Assembly (NCBI RefSeq): GCF_004010195.1 | Contig: NC_057749.1 | Coordinates: 12,788,254-12,852,253 of the forward strand | Direction: 5' to 3' | Source: Chiloscyllium plagiosum | Taxonomy: Eukaryota | Length of the DNA: 64,000 nt | Part shown: positions 1 through 12,845 of the stretch, in pieces | Layout: every line of letters starts with the position of its first letter | Numbering within the stretch: the stretch's first letter is position 1 | The notes under the pieces: model-generated | Told to the model about the DNA's origin: nothing | The model's input: the letters and a program-made list of their open reading frames with translations, nothing else | Database searches by the model: none | Translations under genes and position numbers: made by a program

Positions 1-90
1 CTCCTGTTCCTTGGATGCTGCCTGACCTGCGCTTTTCCAGCAACACATTTTCAGCTCTGATCTCCAGCATCTGCAGTCCTCACTTTCTTC
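1..90 (+). mobile_element. 3' end of Penelope-like element, family A (cut by window edge)
   Basis: Same sequence as the long arms at 3005-3099 and 61535-61626 (gatgctgcctgacctg...cagcatctgcagtcctcacttt). Confidence 0.8.
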
Positions 91-189
91 TAAGAAAGTA
101 CCCTCACTCAAGTGGCATCCCCCAAGCCCAGTCAGCCTGGCAAGGATGTCCACTTCCAGCAGCATACCCAGTAATTTATATGGTCTGCT

Positions 190-680
190 TGCTGCATCTT
201 CGAATGATAAAGCCAATTCTAGTGCCTGTTTGAAGTTCAGTTGGGTTTTAGCTACGAGGCACTTTTGCATAGTTACATCAGTAATCCCACAAAATAAACA
301 GTCTCTCAGCATCTTATTAAGGGTTAAACTAAAGTCCTATACCTCTGTCAGTCATCTTAACTTTGTCAAAAGCTCCAACACAGATTCCCCCAAGTTCTCA
401 AACTGCTGAGTAAAACCGATAGCATCTCAGAATTAAAGGCTGCTTGGGTCATAATCTTCCTTAACTAAATCCATCAACACTTTAAAGGTTTTAGTAGCTG
501 GTACCTTGGGAAATGTTAGGCTCCTAATATTCAAAAGAGCTGTGGGCCTACAAACTGGCATCAGAATTACTCGTCTGCCCCAATGTCATTTGCCTTGAAA
601 AGATAATGCACTCTTTCCATACACTGGGCTCAGTCTTTGACAGCAATGTTGAATGGGTCATGCTTCCCAAATAATGACAT
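190..680 (-). mobile_element. Decayed Gypsy-type gag fragment with PBS-like sequence at ~748-760
   Basis: Minus-strand translation with stops and frameshifts: MSLFGKHDPFN..ERVHYLFKANDI..DLVKEDYDPK..LRCYRFYSAV..GESV..LNKMLRDCLFCGI..MQKCL..LNFKQALELALS, typical of Gypsy gag. Confidence 0.75.
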
Positions 681-760
681 GATGGCAGAATTGCTCGACT
701 CAAAGATGACTGTTGCAAGCGAATTTCTTCAGGAGTGTCTTTCTTTTCTGTTGTTGCCAC

Positions 761-3700
761 GGAAATAACCCCGCAAATGCCAGTATTCCGTCACCAAGCC
801 AACCTTTATTTACACATGCATAGTACTTGACACAGCCAGCTCTCAGAGTGAGCAGAAACTCCAACACTTCTGTTTTTTTTATTTTATTAACCATTACAAA
901 TTACAAACAAACAAACAATTAACATAAACAGCCGTATACAAGAAACAGCCATTTACAGGGGAAGGGGGCAGCAAAGCCAGACCCCATACCCCACCATACA
1001 ACCAGTTCACAGGGAAACAAGGATGAACCTCGGATCCCACCGTACATTATCAAGAAGAAAAACAGTGAATTCAATCACATACAGACAGACAGTCCGATAA
1101 ACTGACCAATAAAACAGTGCACATAACACAGACACTCCTGGAAACCCAGCAAACCACCCACCCCTCCCACCTTCCGGCCACTCAAAGGCAGCCTGCCCCT
1201 CCGCTCCTTCCAGCTCTCGGTCTGCTCCATGCCCCTACCACTCTTGGTGTGCCATGACACACCTTCCAGCCACCTCCAGGACAGCTCATCCCCGTCCCTG
1301 GGATGATGGCGCACAGGGCAGCCCCCACGCATCTTCTGGCTCTCGGCCACTCCCACACACCTTCTGGCCACCTCCAGGACAGCCCGTCCTGATTACCCCT
1401 TCTTGGGACAACAGTGCTCAGAACAGCCTAACCCCCTTCCAGCTTTCAGGACGATTGGCATCAGGTTGGCCTATCCACCTTCCGACTCTCGGGACGGCCT
1501 ACCCACCCTCTGGCCTTCGGGGTGACAGCTTTCGGGATGACCTTTGAGCCTCCCAGCTCACAGTGAGGCCTGCCAGACTAAGGGACACATAAGACAGTGC
1601 AGGTGATAAACCCAACAAACAACAAGACAGAGTCAATTAGCAACAAACAGAGTCCCTTCTGATACAGAGTCCATTACCATAAACAGTTCTCTTCAGAATG
1701 CAGAATCCATTCCCAGGAATAGAGTCCACTCCAGGAAGCAGAGTGCATTATCAAAAACAGAGCCCACAACCAAAGGCAGCAAATGCACACCCTACAGCAA
1801 GTGTTCAATCTCCATAGAGGCCTGGTCTATCCCCAGAGAACCAGGCCCACTCACAGGAATATAGTTCATTGTAAAAAGGTGCAGTTAACAAACAGGGGAT
1901 GGTCCACTCCCGAAGGCAGCAAATGCTCACGTCCCAGCACACACATAGGTGTTCAGTATTTACAGAGGCCGAGCCCACCCACACAGGGCCAGGCCTACCC
2001 ACAGAGGGACAGTGCATCTGGAAAGGTGTATTTTCTCAAAGGGGTTCAGTCTAAACACCAAAAAAGTGAAAACAAATGTGAAAAAGAAAGAAAGCAAATG
2101 CTTACCTCCCGCATACAACCAGGTGTCAGTCTTTACAGAAGCCTAGTCTACCCATAGAAGGCCAGGCCTACCCACAGAGGAACAGTGCATCTGGAAAGGT
2201 GAAATAACTCACAGGGGTTCAGTCCAAATACCAAAAAGTGAAAACGTACAAAAATTAAAGAAAACCAAAGTGCAAGGGCTAAGCCCTGCCACAAAATCAG
2301 CATTGTCCTTTTCTCAAAGTAAAAGAGAAAAGAGTAACACACAGGCTGTAACCAGCCAGTGAAACAACAATCCCTTAATGAGGGCTGAATTACACCTGTA
2401 ACACATTGATTGTGTAGATCAGCCAGTTCAGAAATCAGTCCTCAAAGAAGAGAATACCAGTTAGCAAACTGGCTATACAGTTCAGCCAGTTAAGGAATCA
2501 GGTTCCCCAAACAAAATCAGAAACCAACAGCAGCAGTACACACTGGATGTGGGCAGCCAGCTCAGAGTCAGTCCCCTCCCTGACACAAATGGAGAGTCCT
2601 TAACACTGATCCAGCTCCTCAGGATCAGCACTCAGTGAGCAGAACCTCGGACACTCCTGTTTTTTTTATTTTATTAAACAGTACAAAATACAGTTGACAA
2701 TAAACAGAAAGATGCAGTTCACAAAAAACCCACTATATACAGGGGAAAGGGCAGAAAAGCCAAACCCCAAACCCCACCGTTCAACCAGTTTTCAGGGAGA
2801 TGAGGACAAACCTCAAGTCCCACTCCCACTCTTTACAAAGGTAACAGTAACATACAAGACAAGACAGTGCAATCAAATGAGAGACAGTGCATAGAACACA
2901 GAGCTTAAAAATATGTGTTGCTGGAAAAGCGCAGCAGGTCAGACAGCATCAAAGGAACAGGAGAATCGATGTTTCGGGCATAAGCCTTATGCCCGAAACG
3001 TCGATTCTCCTGCTCCTTTGATGCTGCCTGACCTGCTGCGCTTTTCCAGCTACACATTTTTAAGCTCTGATCTCCAGCATCTGCAGTCCTCACTTTCTCC
3101 ATAGAACACAGACCCAATATAGCTATATAAAAGAAACCTGACACCAGTCCACAGCACATACTGATCAGGCAGTCCTTGGCTAGCCTTCCTGCTGGACAGT
3201 CATCGGCTTTCCCGTCTCCGGCTGCCCTGTAAACTGACTGACCCTTTCACCTGGCCAACATTCCTACAGACCAGCCACCAGCTGTCTGGCTGTCAGCCCC
3301 TCCTGCATACTGACCAATCCTCCCCTGGTCGGCCTTCCTACGGGCTGCCGTCAGCTGCCTGGCTCAGCCTCCCCACATACTGACCAGCCTGCCCTATACC
3401 GGCTCTCCTGCGAGGATGCGATCAGTTGTCTCGCTTTGCATACTGACAGGCCCCTCCTGACACGCTTTCCTCCAGATCCTCCAGCCCCCAGCCAGCCCGT
3501 GTACTTGCTGCCCCTCCCTGACCAGCTTTCCTATGGGCATGCTATAGTCTGCCTAGCCCCCTGCCATCCGGAGTACCAACAGACCCACAATCCCAGCCAG
3601 CTTTCTCCCAGGCCGGACATCAACTCTCCAGTTTCCGGCTGCTCCACCTATTTAATAGCCCACTCTGGCCTGCATTTCAAGCACAGTTGATTACAAAACC

Positions 3701-4512
3701 CACATACATTAACAGAATTCACAAAATCCTCACAATACAGTTTCCAGTACCAAGGCAGAGTCCACTCCAACCGGCAGCAAATGCACACCCCGCAGCACAC
3801 ACACAGCTGTTCAGTCTCCATAGAGGCCCAGTCCATCCATAGAGAACCAGGCCCATACACAGGAACACGGTACATTGTGAAGGTGCAGTTAAGTCACAAG
3901 GGCTTGGTCCACTCCCGAAGGCAGAATCCACTCCAGGATGCAGCAATTGCTCACCTCCCAGCATACACACAGGTATTCAGTCTTTACAGAGGCCTAGTCA
4001 CCCCAAAGAGCCAGGCCTACCCATACAAGAACAGCTCATCTGGAAAGATGTATTTTCTCACAAGAGCTCAGTCCAAACACCAAAGTGAAAACACAAACAA
4101 AATAGAAAGAAAACCAGAGTGCAAGGGCTAAGCCCTGCCACAAAATCAGCATAGTCCTTTTCTCAAAGAGTGACACAGACTATAACTAGCCAGTGAAGCA
4201 ACTGTTCCCTAATAAGAACTGAGTTACACTTGAAACACATTGACTGTTTAAATCAGTCAGTTTAAAAATCAGTCCTCAATAAAAAGGAATACCAGTTAAC
4301 AAACTGGCTGTATGGATCAGTCAGTTTAGAGATCAGGTTCCCCAAAAACAATCAGAAACCAACAGCAGCAGTACACACTGGATGTGAGGCAGCCAGCTCA
4401 GAGTCAGTCCCCTCCCTGACACAAATGGAGAGTCCTTGACACTGATCCAACTCCCTCACAGCCAGCTCTCAGAATGAGCAGAACCTCCGACACTTCTGTT
4501 ACAATCACTACA
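761..4512 (-). mobile_element. LTR (TGTAGTG... start at 4512) expanded by two tandem ~1.8 kb poly(A)-ended units
   Basis: Abuts the PBS-like site and gag; AATAAA on minus at ~806-811; the LTR segment cagccagctctcagagtgagcagaa..acacttctgtt recurs at ~832-872, ~2630-2660 and ~4458-4500; T-tract plus ttttattaa at 873-890 and 2660-2677. Confidence 0.6.
2903..3099. mobile_element. Penelope-like family A asymmetric palindrome with 13-bp TSD
   Basis: Inverted arms pivot at ~2985; catagaacacaga duplicated at 2890-2902 and 3100-3112. Confidence 0.85.
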
Positions 4513-4829
4513 CCTGGTACCTATCCTGTCAGGAAGTGACTTGGCTTAGGCAAGCTGACATGATTATATTTTAAGATGAATTTTCTGATTACTCAGAAAC
4601 AGGGCATTTATTAGCAACATCTCTAATGTAAATAATTTACTGATTTGCTGTTCACCACCTGTCTAAAATTATATAAATATAAATTTATAGAACGCATTTC
4701 CTGGAATGATTTTTAGATAGGTATTTTAATCCTGGTGAATGTTACTTTTAGTAAGTAATAGTCAGAAGGAAGCGTGAGAAATCAAGACCAGATGTACACT
4801 GACATTCTGCCAATTTTCAAAGTGATTCA

Positions 4830-5606
4830 GAGTCTTAGAGTCATAAAGCACACAAACAGACCCTACCATCCAACTCATCCATGCCAACCAGTTCCCAAAC
4901 TAAACTAGTTCCACTTGCCTGTGCTTGGCCCATATCCCTCCAAACCCTCCCTATTCATGTAACTATCCAAATATCTTTTAAATGTTTGTAACTTTACCTG
5001 CAGCAAACATGAACCACCCTCTGGATGAAAAAGGTGCCTCCCCCCGATCCCTTTTAAGTCTTTTTCCTCTCACCTTAAAAATATGCCTGCTAGTTTTGAA
5101 TCATCCAATCTAGGGAAAAACCTTTTATTATTCACCTTATCTGTGCCCGTCATGATTTTATAAACTTCTGAGAGGTCATTCCCCCAATCTCCTGTGCTCC
5201 AGGAGACTATCAAGTCTATTCTCATAACTGAAACCCTCCAGTCCCAGCAACATCTGATAGATCTTTTCTGAACCTTCCCCAATTTAATAATGTCATTCCT
5301 ATAGAAGGATGACCAGAACTGTACACAGTACTCCAAAGGTGGCCTCACCAACATCCTGTACAACCTAAACATAACGTCCCAATTCCTACACTCAAAGGTC
5401 TGAGCAATGAAGGCAAACGTGCTAAACACCTTCTCAATCACTAAGACTATATGTGGCGCAACTTTGTATGAACAATGTACCTGAATCCCTAGCTCTGTCT
5501 GTTTGACAAGACTACTCAGGGCCCTACCATTAATGCTATAAATTCTGCACTTGTTTGTTTTCCCAAAATGCAAAACCTCACATTTATGCAAATTAAACAG
5601 CATCTG
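4830..5606 (-). mobile_element. CR1-type LINE 3' fragment
   Basis: ORF 5070..5603 with KCEVLHFGKTN and LVRPPLEYCVQFWS, the CR1 ORF2 C-terminus. Confidence 0.9.
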
Positions 5607-6565
5607 GGATGAGCATATGGTTGCTGGGTTTAATGAAAAACAGAATTAGATTAAAAAAATGGGTTTCTATGATATCTTTTGTGTTTCTTCAATACACTTA
5701 GCTTTATGCATGTTCCAGCTGCATTTTCCCAACAGGTCCAATAGTCTCTGGGTTCTGACCAAAACTACTGCTTGCCACATAATCAGTGTGCTTACTGGAA
5801 CCCATTATAAGCTGTTTGTATCTAAGTTTGCATCTAAATATGTTGACATGAAAAGAAATTGATAGTTATGAAATGATTGCACAAAGCAAAGAAAACTTTA
5901 CTTCCAGACTAGTAAAAATGTTCGATATTATAAGAATCCATAACAAAATTCCTTATTCAACTATGTCTCTCTGTTGCTGGCATTGTTTCCTAATGGATAA
6001 ATAAATATTTATTTACATCCTTAAGTTTTGCTATTAGCGACTTTGATGAAAGGAGAACACAACTGATTTCTGTTTGATTGTTGAAATTAAAGCGAATTTC
6101 AGGATTGTGCAAATCATTGAAATAAAAATCATTACAGCTTTGCAATTTTAAAGAAGCAACAATTTGTTTAGGTCCATTTTTGACAGACAAATGAGTCCAC
6201 TCAGATCCCATCTTATCTTTTACTCTTGTGATGTAAATTCTAGTTGTTCAATCCTGTTACTCAAGTTTGTAAACAGAATCTTCCTGTAGTCTGATACTGA
6301 GCTTCAGAAGCTTCCAAAGGCAGCTCAGTTGAAAGTGTGAAGCTGGTACACAGTTCCACTCTCCTATGCGTAGAGTATAATGGTCAGATCTGTTACTCAA
6401 AAGACTTACAGTTTGAAATACAAACTTACCCCAAGGCTACACTAGCTTTGCCACTTTTGCATGTATCTCATCATCAATAATTTGGAGGTGCCAGTGTTGG
6501 ACTGGGGTGGACAAAGTTAAAAATCACACAACACCAGGTTATAGTCCAACAGGTTTAATTGGAAG

Positions 6566-6600
6566 CACTAGCTTTCGGAGCACTGCTCCTTCATCAGGTG
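6566..6600 (-). ncRNA. Minimal hammerhead ribozyme motif (family B)
   Basis: Minus strand reads CAC-CTGATGA-A-GGAGC-AGT-GCTCC-GAAA-GCTA-GTG: intact core, 5-bp stem II, palindromic AGCT helix III, CAC/GTG helix I. Confidence 0.75.
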
Positions 6601-6686
6601 GTTACGTCCACAATCACCTGATGAAGGAGCGGTGCTCTGCAAGCTAGAGCTTCCAATTAAACCTGTTGGACTATAACCTGGTGTTG

Positions 6687-6842
6687 AAAATGTGTTGCTG
6701 GAAAAGCGCAGCAGGTCAGGCAGCATCCAAGGAGCAGGAGAATCGACGTTTCGGGCATGATCCCTTCTTCAGGGACCTGCTGCGCTTTTCCAGCAACACA
6801 TTTTCAGCTCTGATCTCCAGCATCTGCAGTCCTCACTTTCTC
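6687..6842. mobile_element. Penelope-like family A palindrome nested in family B, 16-bp TSD
   Basis: ctataacctggtgttg at 6671-6686 and 6843-6858; hammerhead motif on minus at 6741-6774 (CTGAAGA-AGGG-ATCATG-CCC-GAAACGTC). Confidence 0.85.
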
Positions 6843-7779
6843 CTATAACCTGGTGTTGTGTGATTTTTAACTCCCATCATCAATAGGTCAGGTCAACAAA
6901 AGTATTTCAAGGTCCATGTCCATTCTTGGCATTTCTGCTGGAGTTTTCTAATGGCAGACACAATATCAGTGATTCCTAAACCTTATCTGAAAACAAATTA
7001 ATTCTCTGGCAGCAGATCTTTGTTGAGATGTTGCACTAAGCTGTTAAGAAGATTGAGCAAAGATTTTGAATGTAATGGAGAAGAGTGAGATTCCTTTTCA
7101 GTTGTCGCAAGATCAACAAGTTTTTTCAGCATGTGCAGATGAAAAATGGAGGCATTTTTAGGATCTTGCAGTCATCATAATCAGGCACTGACTTCTAGCC
7201 TTGTAGCTTACAGCTGGGAAAGCAGCAGTTCTTGCAGCTTTGCTGCTAGACAGGAGTTTGATTGCATTTGTCTTTTGTAACAGTGTGGGAGTGTCAATAA
7301 GAGAGCAGTTGATGGAAACCTATGCCTCTCCCCCATTGATTGCTTCTTCATTGATTGATGAAGGTCACTTGAGATATATATAGCTCAGCAAGCTGTATAA
7401 ACCAAGACTGCATGGTGTGATCCAATACTGTGGTATGTACACCAAAGCTGGATACAGAGCTATATGGATCAGTAAGATCTTCTATCTCCAATCTTTATTA
7501 AACAAAATAATTTCAGCCTGTTAATTGGTTCTCATAGGTTTGTACCCATTCTCCTTATCTCTAACTGACCTTATTATTTTGAAGTTCCTCCTGCTTTCAA
7601 AACCCTTAACATCACTCTGTCTTATCAGCTGTAGATACCAGACATCACCGTTTGTTAATTCAGTTTTGGACTCCTGTTGTTCTGCATTGTTCATGGTATT
7701 GAGGGCAGAAGTCAGTTTTAAAATTAGGACTTGTGGCTTCTTGAATTGTCTTCCACTTGCCCATATTCAAAGGCCTCAA

Positions 7780-8750
7780 AATCATAGAATCCCTACAATG
7801 TAGATAGAGGCCATTTGGCCCAACCAGTCTGTACCAGCCCTCCAAGAAGCATTTCACCCAGACGTGCACCCAGCCCCATCCCTGTTTACCCTGTATTTAC
7901 CATGGCTAATCCACTTAGCCTGCACATTCCTAGACATTACTGGACAGTTATAGCATGGCCAATCCACCTAGCCTACACATCTGTGGACTGTGGATTGAAA
8001 CCCGGTGGAAACCACGCAGACACAAGGGGAGCATGCAGGCTCAAACATACAGTTATAGATTCATAGAGTCATAAACTTGTACAGCATGGAAACAGACCCT
8101 TTAGTCCAACTCATCCATGCTGACCAGATATCCTAAATTAATCTAGTGCCATTTACCAGCATTTGGCCCATGTCCCTCTAAATTTTTCCTACTCATGTAC
8201 CTATCCACATGCCTTTTAATTGTTGTAATTATACCAGCCTCTACCACTTCCTCTGGCAGCTCATTCCACACACGCACCACCGTCTGCATGAAAACGTTGT
8301 CCCTAAGGTCCCTTGAAAATCTTTCCCTTCTCACCTTAAACCTATGCCTTCTAGTTTTGGACTCCACTATCCTGGGGCAAAACACCTTGGCTATTCAATA
8401 AACCTCTATAAGGCCAATACTCAGCCTCTGACTCTGCAGGGATAATAGCTCCAGTTTATTCAGTTTCTCCCTATAGCTCAAACTCTTCAACCCCATGAAC
8501 ATCCTTGTAAATTTTTTCTGTGCCGTTTCAAGTTTAGCAACATCTTTCCTATAGCAGGGAGACTGGAAATGAGTGCAGTATTCCAAAAGTGGCCTCACCG
8601 ATGTCCTGTACAATCACAACATGACCTTCCAATGCCTATACTCAATGCACTGACCAATAAAGGCCAGTGTAGCAAACACTCCTGTCTACTTGTGACTCCA
8701 CCTTCAAGTTGACCAAGGTTAGCATCGAACCACTAACCACAGTGCCATCC
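7780..8750 (-). mobile_element. HE1/V-SINE copy split by a CR1 3' fragment (~8055-8706, minus)
   Basis: 7780-8050 matches the reverse complement of the 53740 SINE body; its tRNA-like head (cactaaccacagtgccat) lies at ~8730-8750; the intervening ORFs are CR1 ORF2 (VRPLLEYC, VVRVWNELPEEVVEA). Confidence 0.75.
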
Positions 8751-9094
8751 TCACCCAACTCAATTCCCCTAAATTCTTTAATTTCTAGTCTGTACTTGTC
8801 AAGCAATATGAGATGTTCTTTAAAGTAAAAATATGTGTAACATAAGCTATTAGGTTCATAGAACCATACAGTACAGAAGAGACCTTTGGCCCTTCAAGAC
8901 ATTGGGACAAAACCTAACTAACCACAAATCATTGCCATAAGCAAAACAATTATAAAGTAATAAGATCTCACAAATTCCAGGGATGATGGTCAGAATAATC
9001 AATTAAACATACATTAAAATTACTATTGAAAGATGATACTGAATATAAAAAACAGACTTTGCAGCTTCATAATAAAGACAAATGAATATTGTGA

Positions 9095-9858
9095 AAATAT
9101 TGGTGGAGTTGCAGACAATATAAAGATCGATAGAGTTGTGATAGTGTAGAAGGTTGTCAAAGGATACAACAGGATATAGATCAGTTGCAGAAATGGGAAG
9201 AGAAATGGCAGATGGAGTTTAATCCGTGTAAGTGTGAGGAGCTGCACTTTGGGAGATCGAATGTTCAGGAAAAGTATACAGTTAATGGCAGGATCATGAA
9301 CAGCATTGATGGACAGAAGCATTTTTGGGGTTTGTGTCCATAGCTCCCTGAAAGTGGCCATGCAAGTAGATCGGGTGGTAAAGAAGGCATATAGCAGAAA
9401 GAGGGTGCAGAAGAGTTTACTAAGATGCTGCTTGGATTTGAGGGTATGAACAATAAGGAGAGGCTAGAAAAACTGGAGTTGTTTTCTCTGGAGTGGCGGA
9501 GGCTGAGGAGAGACTTGATAGATATCTATGAAATTATGAGATGCAGAGATAGAGTTGATAGTCAGAATCTTTTTCCCAGAGTTGAAATGTCTCAAACTAG
9601 GGGACATGCATTTAAGGTGAGAGGGGTAAGTTCAAAGGAGAGTGGTAAGAGTGTGGAACACGCTACCAGGCGTAGTGGTGGACGCAGATATGATAGGGGC
9701 GTTTAGGAGGCTTTTAGATAAGCACATGAATATGCAAGGAATGGACAGATATGAACCAATGGCAGGCAGAAGAGATTAGTTTAATTTGGCATCATGTTTG
9801 GGACAACAGTATGGGCCAAAGGGCCCTTACCTCTGCTGTACAGTTCTATTTTCTATGT
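9095..9858 (+). mobile_element. CR1 LINE 3' fragment
   Basis: RLEKLELFSLEWRRLRRDLI motif and a CR1 3' tail. Confidence 0.88.
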
Positions 9859-10274
9859 AAAGTATTGATATTGGCAACAGGTTACATAGATTTTGAGTGA
9901 TTGGGTTAATTTAAGATTTCTGAGACGTGCAAGAGAATAATTACCATTATGTGTTTGTTGCACATTTTTCTCACTTCTGCATTCTAATCTGATTCAGACC
10001 AATCTATAAAAATCCTTCATGAATTGGGTTTGTGCAGTCTCAGTTTATTCGATTTTGGTATGGGCCATTTGTCAACTTCTGTCTTATAGTTTTTACCAAC
10101 ACTGAATTGACAGGCTCCTTTCAAGAGGGCATTCCACAGCAATAACAAACCACTGGTCAGTTCTGAACAACTTGTTGGCTTTACAACTTAATATAAATTA
10201 ATCTGGTTTATTCTAGAAGTTTTCAAGTATCCTTCTTTACATCAACACCGAGCTTTAATTCTGAAAGGAGGTTG

Positions 10275-10745
10275 TTGCCAGAATTGGAAAATTTGAGCTT
10301 TAGGGAGAGGCTGAACAGGTTGGGAAAAGAGCCTGGAGCTTTTCCCTGGAGCATCGGAGGACGAGGGGTGACCTTATAGAGGTTTACAAAATTATGAGGG
10401 GCTTGATAGGATAAATAGACAAAGTCTTTTCCCTGGGGTCGGGGAGTCCAGAACTAGAGGGCATAGGTTTAGGGTGAGAGGGGAAATATATAAAAGGGAT
10501 CTAAGGGGCAACTTTTTCATGCAGAGGGGGTGGTACGTGTATGGAATGAGCTGCCAAAGGAAGTGGTGGATGCTGGTACAATTGCAACATTTAAGAGGCA
10601 TTTGGATGGGTGTATGAATAGGAGAGGTTTGGAGGGATATGGGCCGGGTGCTGGCAGGTGGGACTAGATTGGGTTGGGATGTCTGGTTTGCATGGACAGG
10701 TTGGACCGAAGGGTCTGTTTCCATGCTGTACATCTCTATGACTAA
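10275..10745 (+). mobile_element. Young CR1 (HER1-like) 3' fragment
   Basis: Near-identical to 30885-31384; ends ...ctgtacatctctatgact. Confidence 0.9.
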
Positions 10746-10832
10746 CTCAAAAAGAAAATACGTTAGAGTTGGTCCAGATTACATGGTCACTGCCATTTCA
10801 AAGCCTCATTGCTTGGGGACAAAGGGGTAATT

Positions 10833-11005
10833 AACAGGGTTAATGATTTCAGTTCAGTGACCCTTCTTCAGAACTGGAGTAGGGTCTCTGGACTTGAAAC
10901 ATTAACTCTGCTTTCTCTCCACTGATGCTACTAGATCTGCTGAGTTTCTCCAGTAATTTCTGTTTTTATTTCAGACATTCAGCAAACACAGTTCTTTGTT
11001 TTACT
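10833..11005. mobile_element. Penelope-like family C palindrome remnant
   Basis: Minus arm AGTT-CTGAAGA-AGGGTCACTGAACT-GAAA; plus arm gggtctctggacttgaaacattaactctg...cagtaatttctgtttt. Confidence 0.65.
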
Positions 11006-11134
11006 TTATGAAATTAATCAGGATTCCTTCTCCACTACTGCCCAATGACTGCTAGAAAGTGTGCATGTTTAGACATCTTGTAGAACAGGATTGGAGTAAT
11101 CTGCAATAGCTGGCCAAATCTGGCAAGGGTGATG

Positions 11135-11358
11135 TAAGAAAAAGCCTTTTCATACAGCAAGTAATTAAGGTATGGAATGCACTGCCTGGAATGTGATAGA
11201 GACAGGTTTAATTGAGGTATTCAAGAAAGCATTGAATTTTTTTTTTGAAGAGTAATCATGAGCAGGGATATGGGGAAATGGCACTAGTTAATAGAATTGC
11301 TGCAGGAGTGATAGGTCGAGTGGCCTTCTTCTGCCCTGTAACAATTCTGTGATTCTGT
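11135..11358 (+). mobile_element. Old CR1 3' fragment
   Basis: gtatggaatgcactgcctg and a ..gattctgt tail. Confidence 0.65.
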
Positions 11359-12310
11359 AATCATCTAAATGAATAATGTCTGCAGAATGGTAACTCCATG
11401 GATGTTTTTTATTTCATGGTACTACTTTTGGGAAAAAAATGGAAGCACATGGGGACAGAGGAGCCAGAATAATACTGGTATAAGCAAAATGGCAATGTAA
11501 TAAAAAGTGGTAGTGTTACTGAAGTAATTTAATGATGACCCTCTCATTGTTGAAAGTTTAAGGTCAAAATACATTGGAAGTTGCAGATTCTATTTATGGA
11601 GCTGAAATGTCAAATACTTATCCTAGAACTAAATGTATATCTGAAAAAAATGCCCTTGTGTTTAAAAAGAGCGCTGTTTGTGGTTATTCTTTGATGTACA
11701 TTTGCTTTGAAAGCATGCATGCTCTGTGAATTCTCACAGTAGCTTGGTGCTGCTGCAGCTGCAAGCAGAGCCCCTTTGAGTAAGTCATAATCACTTGTTA
11801 TAAAGCACAGAACTGTTGGGCTAGCCAGAGTTGGAGTGCCTGCCATCCTCAAGTAAAGCTTTGTGATGTTGTTGATCATATTTTAATGGCACTACTGCCT
11901 AACAACCTATTTCAGTCTTTTAGACATTCGTCAGAGAAACAAATATTCTGGAGGGAAACTAGTAACTCAGGAAATAGTGAGTCATTCTATTGGGCCCATC
12001 ATAAAACAGCACTTGTACTCACTCACTATTTCTACTCTGTACAAATTCATGAATAGCAGACTGCAGCCAAATCACTGAAAATTTTTTCCATGCAAAAGAA
12101 TGAAGCCATTTTAGCAATGTAGATGATAGATCTTCTGGAAAAAGAGGGCACACATCATCTTTCTTCTTCTCTCTGGCCACCCACAGTGTATCTTTACTCA
12201 CACACTTTCACCTCTTCACCGAATCATTAGTATTCTTGTGGACTTTTTTTCTCAGACTTGCTTACTATGTCATGATATATTTTTCTCCATCTCAGGCATG
12301 AGTGCTAGCT

Positions 12311-12845
12311 TCAAAAACAGAAATTACTGGAAAAACTCAGCAGGTCTGGCAGCAACTGTGGAGAGAAATCAGAGTTAACCTTCCTTGTCCAGTAATCGTC
12401 CTTCAGAACTGGTTGCTAGCTTTTTCTTTTCCATGCAGGAGGGAGACAAAAATTTGTGTTTCTGTCCCACCTTTCACAATCATGGAACACCCTAAAGTGC
12501 TCGGTTTACTCTCAATGAAGTACTTATACTTTTGACTTATCTCAACTTGTATAATGTTCTTCTACTGTATTTCTTAATTAACTATTGTAAGGACATTCCC
12601 AAGTTTCATTCCCACCCTTTACAGAGATCACTGATCAGCATTGCACTAGGGATGTTACATTTGAACTTGGAAATAAAAATAACAAAGGAGTTAAAATTCA
12701 TCCAAAAATGATAATCTTTGCCGGAAGTGGGATTGAGGAGCTAGCAATCAAGGCTGACAAAGGGTCACTAGACTCAAAATGTTAACTCCATTTTCCTTTC
12801 TACAGATGCTGCCAGATCTGCTGAACTTCTCCAGCACTTACTGTA
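12311..12845. mobile_element. Two family C pLTR fragments in opposite orientation (12311-12411 minus, 12752-12845 plus)
   Basis: cagaaattactggaaaaactcagcaggtctggcagca..cagagttaac versus gttaactcc..cagatgctgccagatctgctgaacttctccagc. Confidence 0.6.

Larger units (their letters stand above)
6480..6872. mobile_element. Penelope-like family B palindrome, host of a nested family A copy
   Basis: Inverted arms pivot at ~6607; catcatcaata duplicated at 6469-6479 and 6875-6885. Confidence 0.8.

Noticed and set aside
2903..3099. MITE or DNA-transposon interpretation of the palindromes
   Set aside because: Arms are asymmetric, TSD lengths vary, and the same sequence follows a GIY-YIG ORF at 57501 and 60552
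5659..5862. Hydrophobic ORF as candidate CSPG4 exon 1
   Set aside because: Not a convincing signal peptide and no good phase-1 donor
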